A stretch of DNA of 63,233 bases, counting the filler, from Trichomonas gallinae (taxonomy: Eukaryota), in NCBI GenBank assembly GCA_008369845.1. It is 5 parts of 5 records of this genome, joined end to end, with 100 filler letters (N's around TTAATTAATTAA, not from the genome) between each part and the next. Parts side by side here need not be neighbours in the genome. Positions count along the whole stretch, not along the records: positions 28,004 to 35,563 come from MRSU01000380.1; positions 35,664 to 48,741 come from MRSU01000385.1; 3 more parts are not named here. One strand, 5' to 3'. A program made the translations under genes and the position numbers. Position 1 is the first letter of the stretch; each line of letters begins with the position of its first letter. The notes under the pieces are model-generated. The model made no database searches and had not been told where the DNA came from. It saw nothing but the letters and a program-made list of their open reading frames with translations. Positions 30,919 to 42,583 of the stretch are shown in pieces.

Positions 30919-32322
30919 ATGAGTGGTAAACAAAGTCAGCCTCGCATCACATTTGATGAATGGGCTGAAGCTCACCACTCTATACTCGAAAAGATGGAAT
31001 TTTTAACAAATGGTGATGCAAATACTCTTCAAAATCAAAGTAAGTTCATAAAGAAAAGAAAAGGAATGCATACTCGCGAAGTAAATAAAATAATGAACCT
31101 TATCAACACGCTCGAACAGCTCGCAAAGAAAATTACAACTGATTTAGATCGTCAATATTTAGAAAACCAGCCTACAAATTTATTTACATGTTATAGTGTT
31201 AGAGAACAGAATTTTATGGTTCGAGAACTTATATATCTCGAAAATAAAAGGAAAAAGTTTAGAATTAAAATGACAACATATAAATTAGTCCAATATAACA
31301 ATAAACTTCAAGAATTATACGAAGTTGCTTCTCTATTTTCATCAGACCTTATTCCTACCAACACAATTTGCCGCCCTCTCGATTCACTTTTTGAAATTGA
31401 TGATATTAAAGTTTCAGATGAGCTTTTAATCAAAGAACGAAGGCTAACAAGCAGAGTAAACTTCTTAAGAATCACACTCGCAAGTTATAAAGTACCAGTA
31501 TGGGTTGGAGACTTCCAGTCATTTTTAATATCTGTTGTAAAAGACTCTGTAACACGTTCTGATCCGAAGATTTCATATTTTTATCCTACAGAACAAGAAG
31601 TTGAGGTTTCAAGAGCTTTATTTACGCGCCCAACAAAATTTCAAAATTCAATTGATTTAATTTTCAAAGAATTGGAAATTGGTGCACCAGTTGAGCCTCT
31701 AATTCAGCAGTTAGTTCACTTAACATATGAATGGATGCCAAAAGACTTAAAATCAACAGAGCAACAATCTGCATGCATATTAATCCTGTTCAGAGCTGGA
31801 TTCAACTACGTTTATGAGAAATACAGCCAGTTCTTCAATCTAACTAAAGGAGAACTCGAATTTAATCAAAAAGTTGAAAAGATTGCAAATCGCCCCCTTT
31901 CTGACTTCACTTTCCCACTCAGTTTGATGCAGAAAGTCCCAACAAGTTCAGAAATACGCCAAGTATTTCGAAATGACAAAAATTTTTTCTCAGCATCTCA
32001 ATTTCTCGCTTTCGCAGAATATGAATCGAATCCTATAGATGCGTTATTCAACATTCACAAGTGTTTGATCATGATACAAAAAGCAGCTTTAATCAACAGA
32101 CTTGGCGAAAATTCGGCGAAGTTTGAAGATGTTAACTCCCTCCTATGCTTTGATGACTTGTTCTCGCTTTTCTTTGGTACATCTCTCGCATCAGACATTG
32201 CAAGTTTGTCGAGATTGCATAATTTCATACAAGAATTTATTCCTAAGATGAGCTTATCGCCGTCTTTTGAATATTCGTACTCAAACCTTCAAGCTCTCAT
32301 TGTACATATAAGGAATCTTTAA
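30919..32322 (+). CDS. VPS9-domain (Rab5-type GEF)-like protein
   Basis: C-terminal NPIDALFNIHKCL...LLCFDDLFSLF...FEY resembles the VPS9 core; start placed at the ATG after the Inr. Confidence 0.7.
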   Translation: MSGKQSQPRITFDEWAEAHHSILEKMEFLTNGDANTLQNQSKFIKKRKGMHTREVNKIMNLINTLEQLAKKITTDLDRQYLENQPTNLFTCYSVREQNFMVRELIYLENKRKKFRIKMTTYKLVQYNNKLQELYEVASLFSSDLIPTNTICRPLDSLFEIDDIKVSDELLIKERRLTSRVNFLRITLASYKVPVWVGDFQSFLISVVKDSVTRSDPKISYFYPTEQEVEVSRALFTRPTKFQNSIDLIFKELEIGAPVEPLIQQLVHLTYEWMPKDLKSTEQQSACILILFRAGFNYVYEKYSQFFNLTKGELEFNQKVEKIANRPLSDFTFPLSLMQKVPTSSEIRQVFRNDKNFFSASQFLAFAEYESNPIDALFNIHKCLIMIQKAALINRLGENSAKFEDVNSLLCFDDLFSLFFGTSLASDIASLSRLHNFIQEFIPKMSLSPSFEYSYSNLQALIVHIRNL

Positions 32323-32688
32323 TTATTTTGTTTGTATGTTTTGTTTTCAAATTAAATTCTCTTTTCTGTCTTTATATACTGTTTTTACCATAGTATATAT
32401 GGTAGAATTTACTATACTGTGTATATAAAATAGATACGAAATGGAATGAATTTTCGTTTTAAAAAATGGGAGGGCTCCAATTATGCATCTCTTATAGTTA
32501 TTTACGTGTAATAGATTCTTATGGTCTTATCTACAAGCATTGATATTAATAATATTAATCATTTTATTAATGGTTATTGGGGAAAAAAACAATGAAAAAG
32601 ATAATAGGAGTTTCAGCATAAATGCTTGAAAATTAATGAAAGAAGATAAAAGTGAATGATTGTGTAGTTGTAGGATGATGAAGAAATC

Positions 32689-33756
32689 TCAGAATTTTGC
32701 TTTGACTGATCCACGAAAAAATTTTTTGTATTTACATGAGTTTGTCTTTGGAATGGTTACATCGTTTGAGTTCAAATTACTGATGCCTAAAAGATTGACG
32801 TTAATTGGCTGAGGCAAAACTGCAATGCACCCGTAAGTTGAGTAATGAGAAAGAATGTAAGTATTCTGTCCTGTTTCAATTGACTCAGTTGAAAAAGGGC
32901 AACCATATACATTATGTATAGTAAAATTGTCAATAAAACAGTTTTTGACAATTAATTCACCTGCTATATTTCCAACAGATGCAACGAACAAATGACTGCC
33001 TTTGTTTCCAAAAAAGTTGCAATCAATGACAAGTGTTGATGTTGTACTTGAAGATAAAATGCCGCTATCTTGATTTGTGTTGTTTAATATGTTTGACTTT
33101 GTGACAGTGAAAAATCCACTAGCCCAATGATTTAAAATGGAGTATTTTGCTATGTTTCCTTCAAATGTTGAGTAGTTTACAATTGAATACGATGAAGAAT
33201 TTGATGTCGGACTAACTAATTGATATCCAGGACAATAAGATGCAACATTTCCACTGGAATTCGTTGAAGAAAATTGAATCAAACCATATTGTATATAAAT
33301 CGGAGCACTTACTTCTAAATTATTGCACTTTGTCAAAGAATTTTCTAAAAAATAGTTATAACTATCAAGGCTTCCATCAAGCCATGTATAACAAATGCCA
33401 TTTTCATATATTGGCACTATATCATATGCACATAGTCGATGCTGAACAATATGCATATTTCCTGTAAAATATATGCAGCCACCACGAACACTTCGTGTGA
33501 TATTCGAAAATCTGCAGAAACTGTGAAGAAATTTAAGTCCTTCTTTATCTTTTATATAAACGCATCCATCATCCAAATCAAAGAAGAAACAATCAAAAAA
33601 GAAAATAGAATTTTCTGTTGGATTTTTTCCTTTATTTGAATTTTTTTCATTCGTATAACTAATTTCTGGTTTAGTTGAATAGAAAATATCCCAGATACAC
33701 TGAGGGGCAATGTCTGTGTGAATAAAATAGTAAAAAATATGTTCTTTGTTTTGCAT
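32689..33756 (-). CDS. Beta-helix-like trichomonad family protein (same family as the 18168-20780 pair)
   Basis: Shared H....P..IW..FY, KFLHSFC, GGCIYF, QHRLC, SHYSTYGC motifs; has an ATG start. Confidence 0.8.
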   Translation of the reverse strand: MQNKEHIFYYFIHTDIAPQCIWDIFYSTKPEISYTNEKNSNKGKNPTENSIFFFDCFFFDLDDGCVYIKDKEGLKFLHSFCRFSNITRSVRGGCIYFTGNMHIVQHRLCAYDIVPIYENGICYTWLDGSLDSYNYFLENSLTKCNNLEVSAPIYIQYGLIQFSSTNSSGNVASYCPGYQLVSPTSNSSSYSIVNYSTFEGNIAKYSILNHWASGFFTVTKSNILNNTNQDSGILSSSTTSTLVIDCNFFGNKGSHLFVASVGNIAGELIVKNCFIDNFTIHNVYGCPFSTESIETGQNTYILSHYSTYGCIAVLPQPINVNLLGISNLNSNDVTIPKTNSCKYKKFFRGSVKAKF

Positions 33757-34070
33757 TTGAAGAAATTATGTTGTTTTCGAATGAAAACTTTTGTAGAGAA
33801 AATATCGTAGAAATTGAAGTTTACATGTTTGATGAATGTCAGATATCAGGTGAGTCAAAGATGTTGAAAATTTCTCTGTCAATGTTAAAAAGAAAATAAG
33901 TCATTTCTCTCCATGAAAATTTTGACAAAATCTGAAGGTATGAAATATTTCTGAAGGGTTGATTCTTTGATTTAATAACATTCAGATATTGTTCGAAAAT
34001 TATCACTATCAGACTTATTAATTATTTTCATTTTAATTTACATTTATTTTGTTTCTTTGTCTGACTTATA

Positions 34071-35384
34071 TTAATCATTATCTGGATTAATTAAATCTAA
34101 TAATGTGCTTGCTAGTGATGCAATTTGTGGACTGTCATTTGTTGCTATGTCATCGAGTGTTTCTAAAAATTCTTCATCGTGTTTTGATGCAAGATCAACA
34201 TTTTGAGATAATGAAAACTTAATAATTTCGAGCAAAGATAATAGAATTTTTTCTTTTGTTTCATCGCTGCAGCTTTCTATGACTGAGTAAAGGAAATTGA
34301 CCATTTCATCATTAGCTATCATTTCAAAAATATTGCTGCTTTCTTCTCTGACAAGTCCGTGAATTGCTTCGACTAAACAAACTTTGTTTAAAAAAGTTAT
34401 ATTATCAAAGTTAGAAAATGCAATTTTGAACCACAAAGACTGCATAAATATTATTTTCAATTCAATGCGTATGTTGCTGTTGCATAATAAACTAATAAAA
34501 ATGAAAAATTCGTCATTTGGAATAATATGATTATTAAATAAATCTAAGAATAAATGCAATAATTCTTGGTGATATTCGCAAATTCTGCAAAGAATCGAAA
34601 ATCCGCATCGTGAAACATTCAAATCGTTAATTTCCAGAGAATTTTCAATTTCAAAATGAAATTCATTGATTAATTGTGATGTAGAATTTATATCATTTTT
34701 GGATGCGAAATCTGATATAGCTGTCAAAGCAAGCATAATTGATTCTGGTCGATTTGAATTAAATGCAAATCTTAATATGTATTGAAATACTTCAGAATAC
34801 TGTGTGATATTGTTATACTTATGCATAATGATCATCAATCCGAGTAAATTCTTTTCCAAATGAATATTGTAATCATTTGAATTAGTTTTTATTTGAATCA
34901 TCTTAATAAAATCGAAAAAATCGGGCGTTAAATGTGGTTCTAGATAGAATAAATCAAAATTGCATATATGCATCAGTGTTTTGAGAAAATATTCAATTCT
35001 TTTGGGATTTTCAATAATTATTGGAAATAATGTGAATAAAAAACTTACAAAATCATCATTTGCTAAGTATGGAACAAATTTGTCGATTCTAGAAAGTAAA
35101 TAGATGAAATGAAAAGAAAAAACATTATTCCAAAATATTTCTTTATCGAATAATGCATGAATATATGATTCAATATCGATATCATCAAACAAATGAATCT
35201 GTTTTTTAGATAATGCATACATTATTTTGTGAATTGCTTTCGATATTAAATTTTGGTCATCTTGTAGTAAACAATCGAATAGATAATGTATAGTTGGCTG
35301 ATCTAATATGAAATTCTGAGTTGTAAATACTTCGTGATCTTTGTTTAACTGATTTGTTTCATCCGATTTGAACACTTCATCCAT
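34071..35384 (-). CDS. ARM/HEAT-like helical hypothetical protein
   Basis: 437-aa ORF of amphipathic helices; Inr TCACTTTTCATTT before the ATG. Confidence 0.75.
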   Translation of the reverse strand: MDEVFKSDETNQLNKDHEVFTTQNFILDQPTIHYLFDCLLQDDQNLISKAIHKIMYALSKKQIHLFDDIDIESYIHALFDKEIFWNNVFSFHFIYLLSRIDKFVPYLANDDFVSFLFTLFPIIIENPKRIEYFLKTLMHICNFDLFYLEPHLTPDFFDFIKMIQIKTNSNDYNIHLEKNLLGLMIIMHKYNNITQYSEVFQYILRFAFNSNRPESIMLALTAISDFASKNDINSTSQLINEFHFEIENSLEINDLNVSRCGFSILCRICEYHQELLHLFLDLFNNHIIPNDEFFIFISLLCNSNIRIELKIIFMQSLWFKIAFSNFDNITFLNKVCLVEAIHGLVREESSNIFEMIANDEMVNFLYSVIESCSDETKEKILLSLLEIIKFSLSQNVDLASKHDEEFLETLDDIATNDSPQIASLASTLLDLINPDND

Positions 35385-35563
35385 AAATGAAAAGTGACAT
35401 TTATTTACTTTTTGTCATGTAAATTATCTATTTTGAATAAATTCCGTCATGTAAATATAGAATTTTTGTCGTGTAAATTTTATGAAAAGGTTGTCCGGCA
35501 GAAAAATACAACTAAAAATTCTGTAAATTAATAATATAGAATGAGCACATAGTGACCATTAAA

Positions 35564-35663
35564 NNNNNNNNNNNNNNNNNNNNNNNNNNNNNNNNNNNNN
35601 NNNNNNNTTAATTAATTAANNNNNNNNNNNNNNNNNNNNNNNNNNNNNNNNNNNNNNNNNNNN
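35564..35663. other. Artificial contig linker
   Basis: N44-TTAATTAATTAA-N44. Confidence 0.98.
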
Positions 35664-36370
35664 GGAAAATCGTTAAAAAATATTATTCAGCTTTTACATC
35701 AAAACAAGGAGAATAAAACTTTATAGATGCCAGGAACCCTGACATAGTACTTGTTTTTGAGTAAGTATTGATAGCTGCAAAATTCTGATTTGTATCTCGA
35801 AAATTTAAAATTGTAGAGAAACTCTACAAACATCAATGTAATGTATGAACCACATATTGTATGAGGAGTGTAGTGGCATATCCTAGTTTAATAACATTTG
35901 TAAAGAATTTCAAATTCTCACATTACTGTTAAAATGAGGAATCATAAGTAAAAATAAAGGCTCCATAGCCTATGCATGGATAAAATTTAGTAATAACCTA
36001 ATTTGCTCGATTCAAAAATTAAATCCTTGAATCTTATTTTTTATATTTTATCTTATGACATTTACAACTTCGATATCGAGTTTTGGGTGCATTTGTGATC
36101 ATCTACTCACAAGCTCGCATTGTTTCATTCAATCAAAATTTGTCAACGAGTTGTGATCTATGTAAATTAAGTTCTCCGCGAGAATAAGAAGCTATGTAAA
36201 GTAAAAGCTTCATTTATGCGGACTAAAATGTTGACATAGCCGCCATGTTTATCACAAATTGTTTTTTTATAAAAATGATAAAAGAATTAATTCGTCATTG
36301 TCATCAGATGCTGGTTGGATGAAATATTTTTGAATTGAGATAAAGAAAAGAAAAACAAAATTCAGATTAA

Positions 36371-37825
36371 ATGTTTTATTGTGGCGTTTCTGTCCTGTAT
36401 GCATTAATACTATCAATCGGAATGATATCAGCTGGCTATTATGTTGCTGCTCTTCCAGGCTATGTTGTTTTTTTCGAGGTCAATTATCTTAATGATATTA
36501 CTGTGCTGTCGATTATTTTATCCCCATTTTTATTAATACTATTCCTCAAGTTCTTAAGAAACCGAGTGTGCATGTTCATCTTTTCAGTTTTTGGTGCAAT
36601 ATTCTGGGGATTGTTTCTAACAACGAATAAAAAGCAAAATGCATGGATGTACACATGTGTATTTTTCATTTCAGTTTCTGAAATATACCTTTTCACGTTA
36701 ATTGTATTATACATTAACGACATAGCTCCAAAAGAGCATACTGGTGCATTTTCATACATAATTAGTCTTGGGTATATATTTGGTTCGGTATTAGAATACT
36801 TTTGCCAAATTTGGTTAAATTTTGAAAAAATTGCAATTATCGGTTGCATTTTCTGCATTCTCTATGCTTGTTTTGTATGGTTTTTAAAAGAGTCTCCCGA
36901 CTACAACATAAAAATCAAATCCCCCGATCGAGGCTCAGTTACAAGAGTTGTGCACCTTTCAAAAATTTGTTCTATATCATTCATGTTAAGTTCTTTTATA
37001 TATATATATTTTGTTCCAAAAGATATACATAAGATATTAAAAATGAGTAAATTGCCTATAAGCGATTTTACTGTCGCAACAATTTCTAGAGTTTTACAAC
37101 TTTTTGGTGTTATCATTTCATTTTTCATTATCGGATTCTTTAGAACGAAGATCATTTGGTGTTTCAGTACTGCATGTGTTGCATTCTTTCAGTTATTATG
37201 CTTTTTCTCATCGATTTATAATTTGGGAAAGAAAACATCTCTTGTTTCATTTTTCTGCATCTACTTTTTTTATGGTATTGGTATTTGGCCTATACCATTG
37301 TATTACATCCGGTTCTTATTTCTGCCTGGAATAACAATTTATTTACCACTTATTATTGCAGCGCCTATATTAACGGTTTTACTCTTCCAGGAAATAACGA
37401 GGTTTTTTTCGATCGGTTTTATATGTTTCTTAATTATTGCTATTATTTCGATAATATCTTTTATTTTCGGCCTATTTTATTTTTCATGTTTTGATGAAAA
37501 TGAAAATGACAGTTACTCAGATGAAAGCACAATCAATGACGTCGAAAAAGGCAGCAATAAGCATAATGAAGAAAAAGGCAGCAATAAGCATAATGAAGAA
37601 ATAGGCAACAATAATCATAATGAAGAAATAGACAGCAATAATCATGATGAAGAAATAGGCAACAATAATCATGATGAAGAAATAGGCATCAATAATCATG
37701 ATGAAGAAATAGGCATCAATAATCATGATGAAGAAATAGGCAGCAATAATCATAATGAAGAAAAAGACAACAAACTCTCTGATGATGGGAACAATAATGC
37801 ATTGGATGCAAATTTGTCAAATTAA
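36371..37825 (+). CDS. Divergent MFS sugar-porter-family transporter with repetitive C-terminal tail
   Basis: About 12 TM; YINDIAPKEHTGAF, KESP, GIGIWPIP motifs. Confidence 0.85.
   Translation: MFYCGVSVLYALILSIGMISAGYYVAALPGYVVFFEVNYLNDITVLSIILSPFLLILFLKFLRNRVCMFIFSVFGAIFWGLFLTTNKKQNAWMYTCVFFISVSEIYLFTLIVLYINDIAPKEHTGAFSYIISLGYIFGSVLEYFCQIWLNFEKIAIIGCIFCILYACFVWFLKESPDYNIKIKSPDRGSVTRVVHLSKICSISFMLSSFIYIYFVPKDIHKILKMSKLPISDFTVATISRVLQLFGVIISFFIIGFFRTKIIWCFSTACVAFFQLLCFFSSIYNLGKKTSLVSFFCIYFFYGIGIWPIPLYYIRFLFLPGITIYLPLIIAAPILTVLLFQEITRFFSIGFICFLIIAIISIISFIFGLFYFSCFDENENDSYSDESTINDVEKGSNKHNEEKGSNKHNEEIGNNNHNEEIDSNNHDEEIGNNNHDEEIGINNHDEEIGINNHDEEIGSNNHNEEKDNKLSDDGNNNALDANLSN
37544..37771 (+). repeat. 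Coding 27-nt tandem repeat, 8+ copies
   Basis: Unit encodes E(K/I)(G/D)xN(K/N)H(N/D)E. Confidence 0.95.
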
Positions 37826-37921
37826 GTTTTTTATATTTGTAATTTTTCATTTAATTGATAGTAACACCACAAAAGCGTATTCTCAATATAGAAAGAATAT
37901 AAACAACAATTTATTCTATTT

Positions 37922-40900
37922 TCATGGTAATCTGCCTGAAATCATGTTCAAGGCAAAACTTTCATTCTGTGTTGATGTATTTTTGGAAACAAAATATGTG
38001 GTTTGATTTCCCTTACCTTTCAAGAAAACACTTCCTCTTTCTTCAATGATGAAATCAAGGTTTGAAATCAGTTCTTTTGTCGCCTGTGAAATGTGAATTT
38101 TTCCTGGAACATCAGTAGATTGGAGCCTAGATGCTACATTAATTGGATCCCCTATTATGTCAAATGTTGGTTTGTCTGTTCCAAGAACTCCTCCAATTAA
38201 TGGGCCGCCGCTGTTGATTCCGATTCTGACTTCGAGAGAAGACTCAAGATTTGTGTTGACAGTCTCTAAAGCAGACAGGATCTTAAAGCAGCAGTTAACA
38301 GCATCCTCTGCATGCTTTGGCGATTCATCATCAGGAGATTGGAAGAGCCCACTAGCTGCCATGTATACATCACCAATTAACTTGATTTTTGTAATTGATG
38401 GAAAACTAGAAACACTTTTGTCGAAGCTTGCAAAAACTGTGCTCAAGTTCTGCATGATTTCCTGTGGTGACAATTCTGATGCATACTTGGAGAATTTCAC
38501 GATGTCAACAAAGAAAATTGAAGCACGAGGAATAGTGAAAGAAATGTCTTTTTCACCGCGATTCAATCTTACTATTATATCTTTTGGAAGAATCTGTTGT
38601 AACAATTTTTCTGACTTGGCTTTCGCGTTTTCAGCATCTGTGCGTTTCTTCAATTCTTCCGTTTCGTTCCTCAATATGAAGACAATTGATGAATTGTTTT
38701 CATTGTCTTTCAACTCGATCATAGAAACGGCGAATGGAACACTGTGGCCATTTCCACTCACCATTGTTATATGATCATCCCAGACAACTTTGCTCTGTCC
38801 TGATGAAATAAGATCTATCTGGTCCCTGACTTTCTTTTGATCTTCTTTCACCATGAAATTAGTAATGAACTGACCTAATAGCTGATCTGGAGTCATACCA
38901 AGATTAGTATTTACACTAGGATTGATTATCTCTATTATTCCATTCTGCGAAGTAATGATTATTGACTCATTGGCGCCGAAAACAATTGATTTAGAGATCG
39001 GCATTGATTCCGATGTTGTTTGTCTCGTGGAGAAAAAGAAAGCTAATATATCTTTGTTGTATGCGATGATATCCAAAGGAAGCTTCTGTATATATGTGAG
39101 AATCAATTTGTAATTTGAGTTAATGAATATAATATAACATAAAGTAATTATTAGTTGCAATACTAATAAATAAATTAGTTGGTACAAAATAATTCGTTGA
39201 AAATCAACATCATTTTTGTAATTTTCTTGAATCAAATCTGCAATTTTGTTTGTCACTTTAGAAACTGATGGATATATATGTGACTCTGTCAAGTGTATCA
39301 AGTTTTCCATTGTTTCACCTTTAAGTGTTGAGTTGAATGAATCATAATCGATTAAAATGTCTTTGATGACATCAATAAAGAAATTCATCAAAGTGTTTAA
39401 GTTCATGCATTTATACATCTCATGCATTGAAGAAATATTATCATCTGTTTCACATATATTTTCCAGTTCTAGTGAATCAAGATCATCATCAAAACCGATG
39501 CTCTTTGTCATTCCTGGCTTTCCGCGAAGTAAATCTGTATTTGCTTCTTCTTGAATTTCTTTTGTTTGATTGATGTAATACGTCAAATATTTTTTGTCAA
39601 TGAATGATGAATTATTATTTAAAACTAGCAATAATATATCTGTTGCTATCTTTGACACAGAGATCATTCTTGATATTGAGATATGATACCATTCATTGAA
39701 CATCGTTAAATTCGATTCTGTGATTTTTGCCCTGTATGCAAAGAGAAAATATAAAATGGTAATTACCAAAATCAACAATGCATGAATTGCAAAAATCAAT
39801 CTCCAAGCAATAGATTTTGCATTTTTGTTGACAACTGTGTCTATGTGTGAATCTGGATTCTTCTGGAATAATGTGTCTTTAGCATAATCTTTCGCTGGAT
39901 TTGGCAATGCCTGCAGAACTCTTATCATCTTCCTAAGATTGAACCTGAAAATGCACATTATTGAAATAATTGGAATGAAACCAGTAATACAAACAATTAT
40001 CGTTCCAATTATTAAGCCAATATTGAACAGTTTGGTGTTAAGTTTATGATTTTTAGTGGAATAATCATGAATGAATTGTAATGTGTTATGTGATCTTTCC
40101 ACCATTGATTCGATGTTCGAATAAATGTCGCAATAAAAATCACTATCAAAAATGTTGTGATTTGTATTTTCAGAAAAATCACCAATAATGGAATAATGTG
40201 CATAAATCAGGTACATCAATTTATTGATATAAGATGTCGTGAATGGCTGTAATTGTGTTTTGTTCTCGCAAACTGTCAGATTGGAATTTAATCTAATATA
40301 ATTTGCAACTAAATCATATGCTTCTCCATTTTGCTCAATTACATTCAATAATTGTTCAGCATAACTCTTTGATTGATCTAATGTGTAGTTAACTATTTTA
40401 GGCAGTGATTGCTTGTGATCAATGTATATTGCGTAATCGCTGGTATAATTTGTAATCGAAGAAAATGATCTGTCGATTTTGTCATTTGTTTCTGCCCAGG
40501 TTAAAATTGTGTGAAAATTCGCATAATTCAAATAAAATATTGAATTTCCTGCTTGCAATAGATATTTATAGGCTGGAGTGTAGCTATTCAATGTTCCTTT
40601 TGTCGTGGTATAAAAGATTTCGAACATGAAAATGTGAACAACAAAAGTAAATATCGCAAAAATGATAACGTAACAACTTTGCGATGGTTTGTGATCTTGC
40701 AATGAATGATAAAGCGCTAATCTCAGTTTTGATTCTTTAATTAATTTTGATCCAAACAATTCTTCTGTTTCAGCATCAATATTTGATGTTGAATCTTGTG
40801 AGAATTTAACAGAATTATGGTCAGATGAACCGTTTTTGGTTGTATTTGTTGTGTCAACATTTATGAAGTTTCCTTTGACATCAACGATTTTTTGTGTCAA

Positions 40901-42583
40901 ATATTCAGGAAATTTGGAGATCAATGACCTGAAAGATGTGTCAACAACGAAGCTCTTTCCATCAACAATCCTGTCTATTTTGATACTTTGTCTTATTGCT
41001 GTGTCAAAATCGCAGCAGCAGTCAACTAAAAAATTCGTGTATTCATCTAGAATTGCTATGTTATTTGGGCTGTTCATAATGTGATAATCGAAAGCCTTGT
41101 GCGTGTGTCTAATCTCGCTTGTTATTGAACTGAATGTGATTAATCCAGCATCTTGTTTCTCCCAAAAACTGTTGACAATGTTTCTGCATTTTATGTGCAA
41201 AAGTTTCAATTTGTTGAGTTCTTCCAGTTGTTCTGTTGTACTCGATGACATTCTTTTCGATTTAATTTTCTTTATCTGGTAGACTAAGAACCTGTCTCCA
41301 ACATCCAATTTCCGGCTTGATATAAGTTTTTTGAACAAAATATTCATCCTGCGACTTTCCGATGGAAAGAAAGCAACAACTTGGAGAAGCAAAGATAAAA
41401 TTTTTTGATCACGTGCAAATTCGATGAAGTAATCAACTATGCTTCCATTAAGAAAGAGGTCGCAATGTCTTGCTATTCCAACGCTTATGTATGCTTGTGC
41501 CTTGTAATAGTTGTCGTAGAATTCGAACGAATCAAATTTATCTGTCAAATCTTCAAATTCATCATCTCTTGTCAAATTGCTTTGTATCTTTTTAATCATC
41601 ATCTTCATGGAGATTTGTGAAACTATATAAGCAAGTACAGCAGCTAATAAAAAGAATACTATGACATAATTGTATGTACTGCCTTTAACGAAGTAGAGAA
41701 CGATGAAATTTATGTCCATCAAAATTGTTGTTATAGCAACTGTCAGACACGAAGGATTCCTCCAGAGAGTGTAAAATGGGAGAAAACAGATTCGGAAGCC
41801 GCAGTATGATGATGTGATCAAATGGAACAAAGCAACGAAAACGTAGAACCAATCATTGAAACAAACAATAATGGCCGATAGTATCAATTGGATTGTAGAA
41901 AAGGAGAACCATGTAACTACAGCATACGAATCGAAGAGCTGAAACGATAAATTTGTAAATATTATTGATTTTGATTTCATTAAGACACCAATGTAAAAGA
42001 AACACGAGCTGATTATAAAGGATAGCATGCCAATTATAATTTCGGTGGCAAATCCAAGATGTGGGTTAATGTAGCAGCCATAAATTCCATAACATGTCAA
42101 ATAAGCTGATGGAACCATTAGTATTGGCATAGCTATTTCAATAATGAGTACTGATATCAAAACAAACGTATTCGGTAGATTAAAATACTTTTTGATCCAA
42201 AAAATTGCGAAAATTATCCAAAGTGAGCCAATTATACTAATTGCGAATAAAGCAATCGTCACACTGTTGTGCTTAGTTGAAACATCGGTTGGATCATGAA
42301 AAGAAACCATGTATAAGATAACTCGATATATTTTTTTGTAATTTCCCGTAGTTCGACTGTAAACTGGCGAGTATATCCATAGTGTTATGAAGAGGATCTG
42401 AATTGTAATGAATATTGTCACCAAACTCGAAAAGAATTCGGGAACATAAACTTTTTGCATCATCTGATCATATAATGGAAACATCTGATCGACGATCGAT
42501 GACACCATCAACGCCTTGAACCTGCTCCTGGCAGTGGCAGCACTAATGCTCTGCGCGGACTGAGAGCCAGGCTGTTGATTCAT
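37922..42583 (-). CDS. Transmembrane adenylyl cyclase with PAS domain (class III)
   Basis: Multiple TM blocks, PAS (IIITSQNG.IEIINP....LG....LLGQ), catalytic FVDIVKFS, KLIGDVY, FDIIGDPINVASRL. Confidence 0.93.
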   Translation of the reverse strand: MNQQPGSQSAQSISAATARSRFKALMVSSIVDQMFPLYDQMMQKVYVPEFFSSLVTIFITIQILFITLWIYSPVYSRTTGNYKKIYRVILYMVSFHDPTDVSTKHNSVTIALFAISIIGSLWIIFAIFWIKKYFNLPNTFVLISVLIIEIAMPILMVPSAYLTCYGIYGCYINPHLGFATEIIIGMLSFIISSCFFYIGVLMKSKSIIFTNLSFQLFDSYAVVTWFSFSTIQLILSAIIVCFNDWFYVFVALFHLITSSYCGFRICFLPFYTLWRNPSCLTVAITTILMDINFIVLYFVKGSTYNYVIVFFLLAAVLAYIVSQISMKMMIKKIQSNLTRDDEFEDLTDKFDSFEFYDNYYKAQAYISVGIARHCDLFLNGSIVDYFIEFARDQKILSLLLQVVAFFPSESRRMNILFKKLISSRKLDVGDRFLVYQIKKIKSKRMSSSTTEQLEELNKLKLLHIKCRNIVNSFWEKQDAGLITFSSITSEIRHTHKAFDYHIMNSPNNIAILDEYTNFLVDCCCDFDTAIRQSIKIDRIVDGKSFVVDTSFRSLISKFPEYLTQKIVDVKGNFINVDTTNTTKNGSSDHNSVKFSQDSTSNIDAETEELFGSKLIKESKLRLALYHSLQDHKPSQSCYVIIFAIFTFVVHIFMFEIFYTTTKGTLNSYTPAYKYLLQAGNSIFYLNYANFHTILTWAETNDKIDRSFSSITNYTSDYAIYIDHKQSLPKIVNYTLDQSKSYAEQLLNVIEQNGEAYDLVANYIRLNSNLTVCENKTQLQPFTTSYINKLMYLIYAHYSIIGDFSENTNHNIFDSDFYCDIYSNIESMVERSHNTLQFIHDYSTKNHKLNTKLFNIGLIIGTIIVCITGFIPIISIMCIFRFNLRKMIRVLQALPNPAKDYAKDTLFQKNPDSHIDTVVNKNAKSIAWRLIFAIHALLILVITILYFLFAYRAKITESNLTMFNEWYHISISRMISVSKIATDILLLVLNNNSSFIDKKYLTYYINQTKEIQEEANTDLLRGKPGMTKSIGFDDDLDSLELENICETDDNISSMHEMYKCMNLNTLMNFFIDVIKDILIDYDSFNSTLKGETMENLIHLTESHIYPSVSKVTNKIADLIQENYKNDVDFQRIILYQLIYLLVLQLIITLCYIIFINSNYKLILTYIQKLPLDIIAYNKDILAFFFSTRQTTSESMPISKSIVFGANESIIITSQNGIIEIINPSVNTNLGMTPDQLLGQFITNFMVKEDQKKVRDQIDLISSGQSKVVWDDHITMVSGNGHSVPFAVSMIELKDNENNSSIVFILRNETEELKKRTDAENAKAKSEKLLQQILPKDIIVRLNRGEKDISFTIPRASIFFVDIVKFSKYASELSPQEIMQNLSTVFASFDKSVSSFPSITKIKLIGDVYMAASGLFQSPDDESPKHAEDAVNCCFKILSALETVNTNLESSLEVRIGINSGGPLIGGVLGTDKPTFDIIGDPINVASRLQSTDVPGKIHISQATKELISNLDFIIEERGSVFLKGKGNQTTYFVSKNTSTQNESFALNMISGRLP

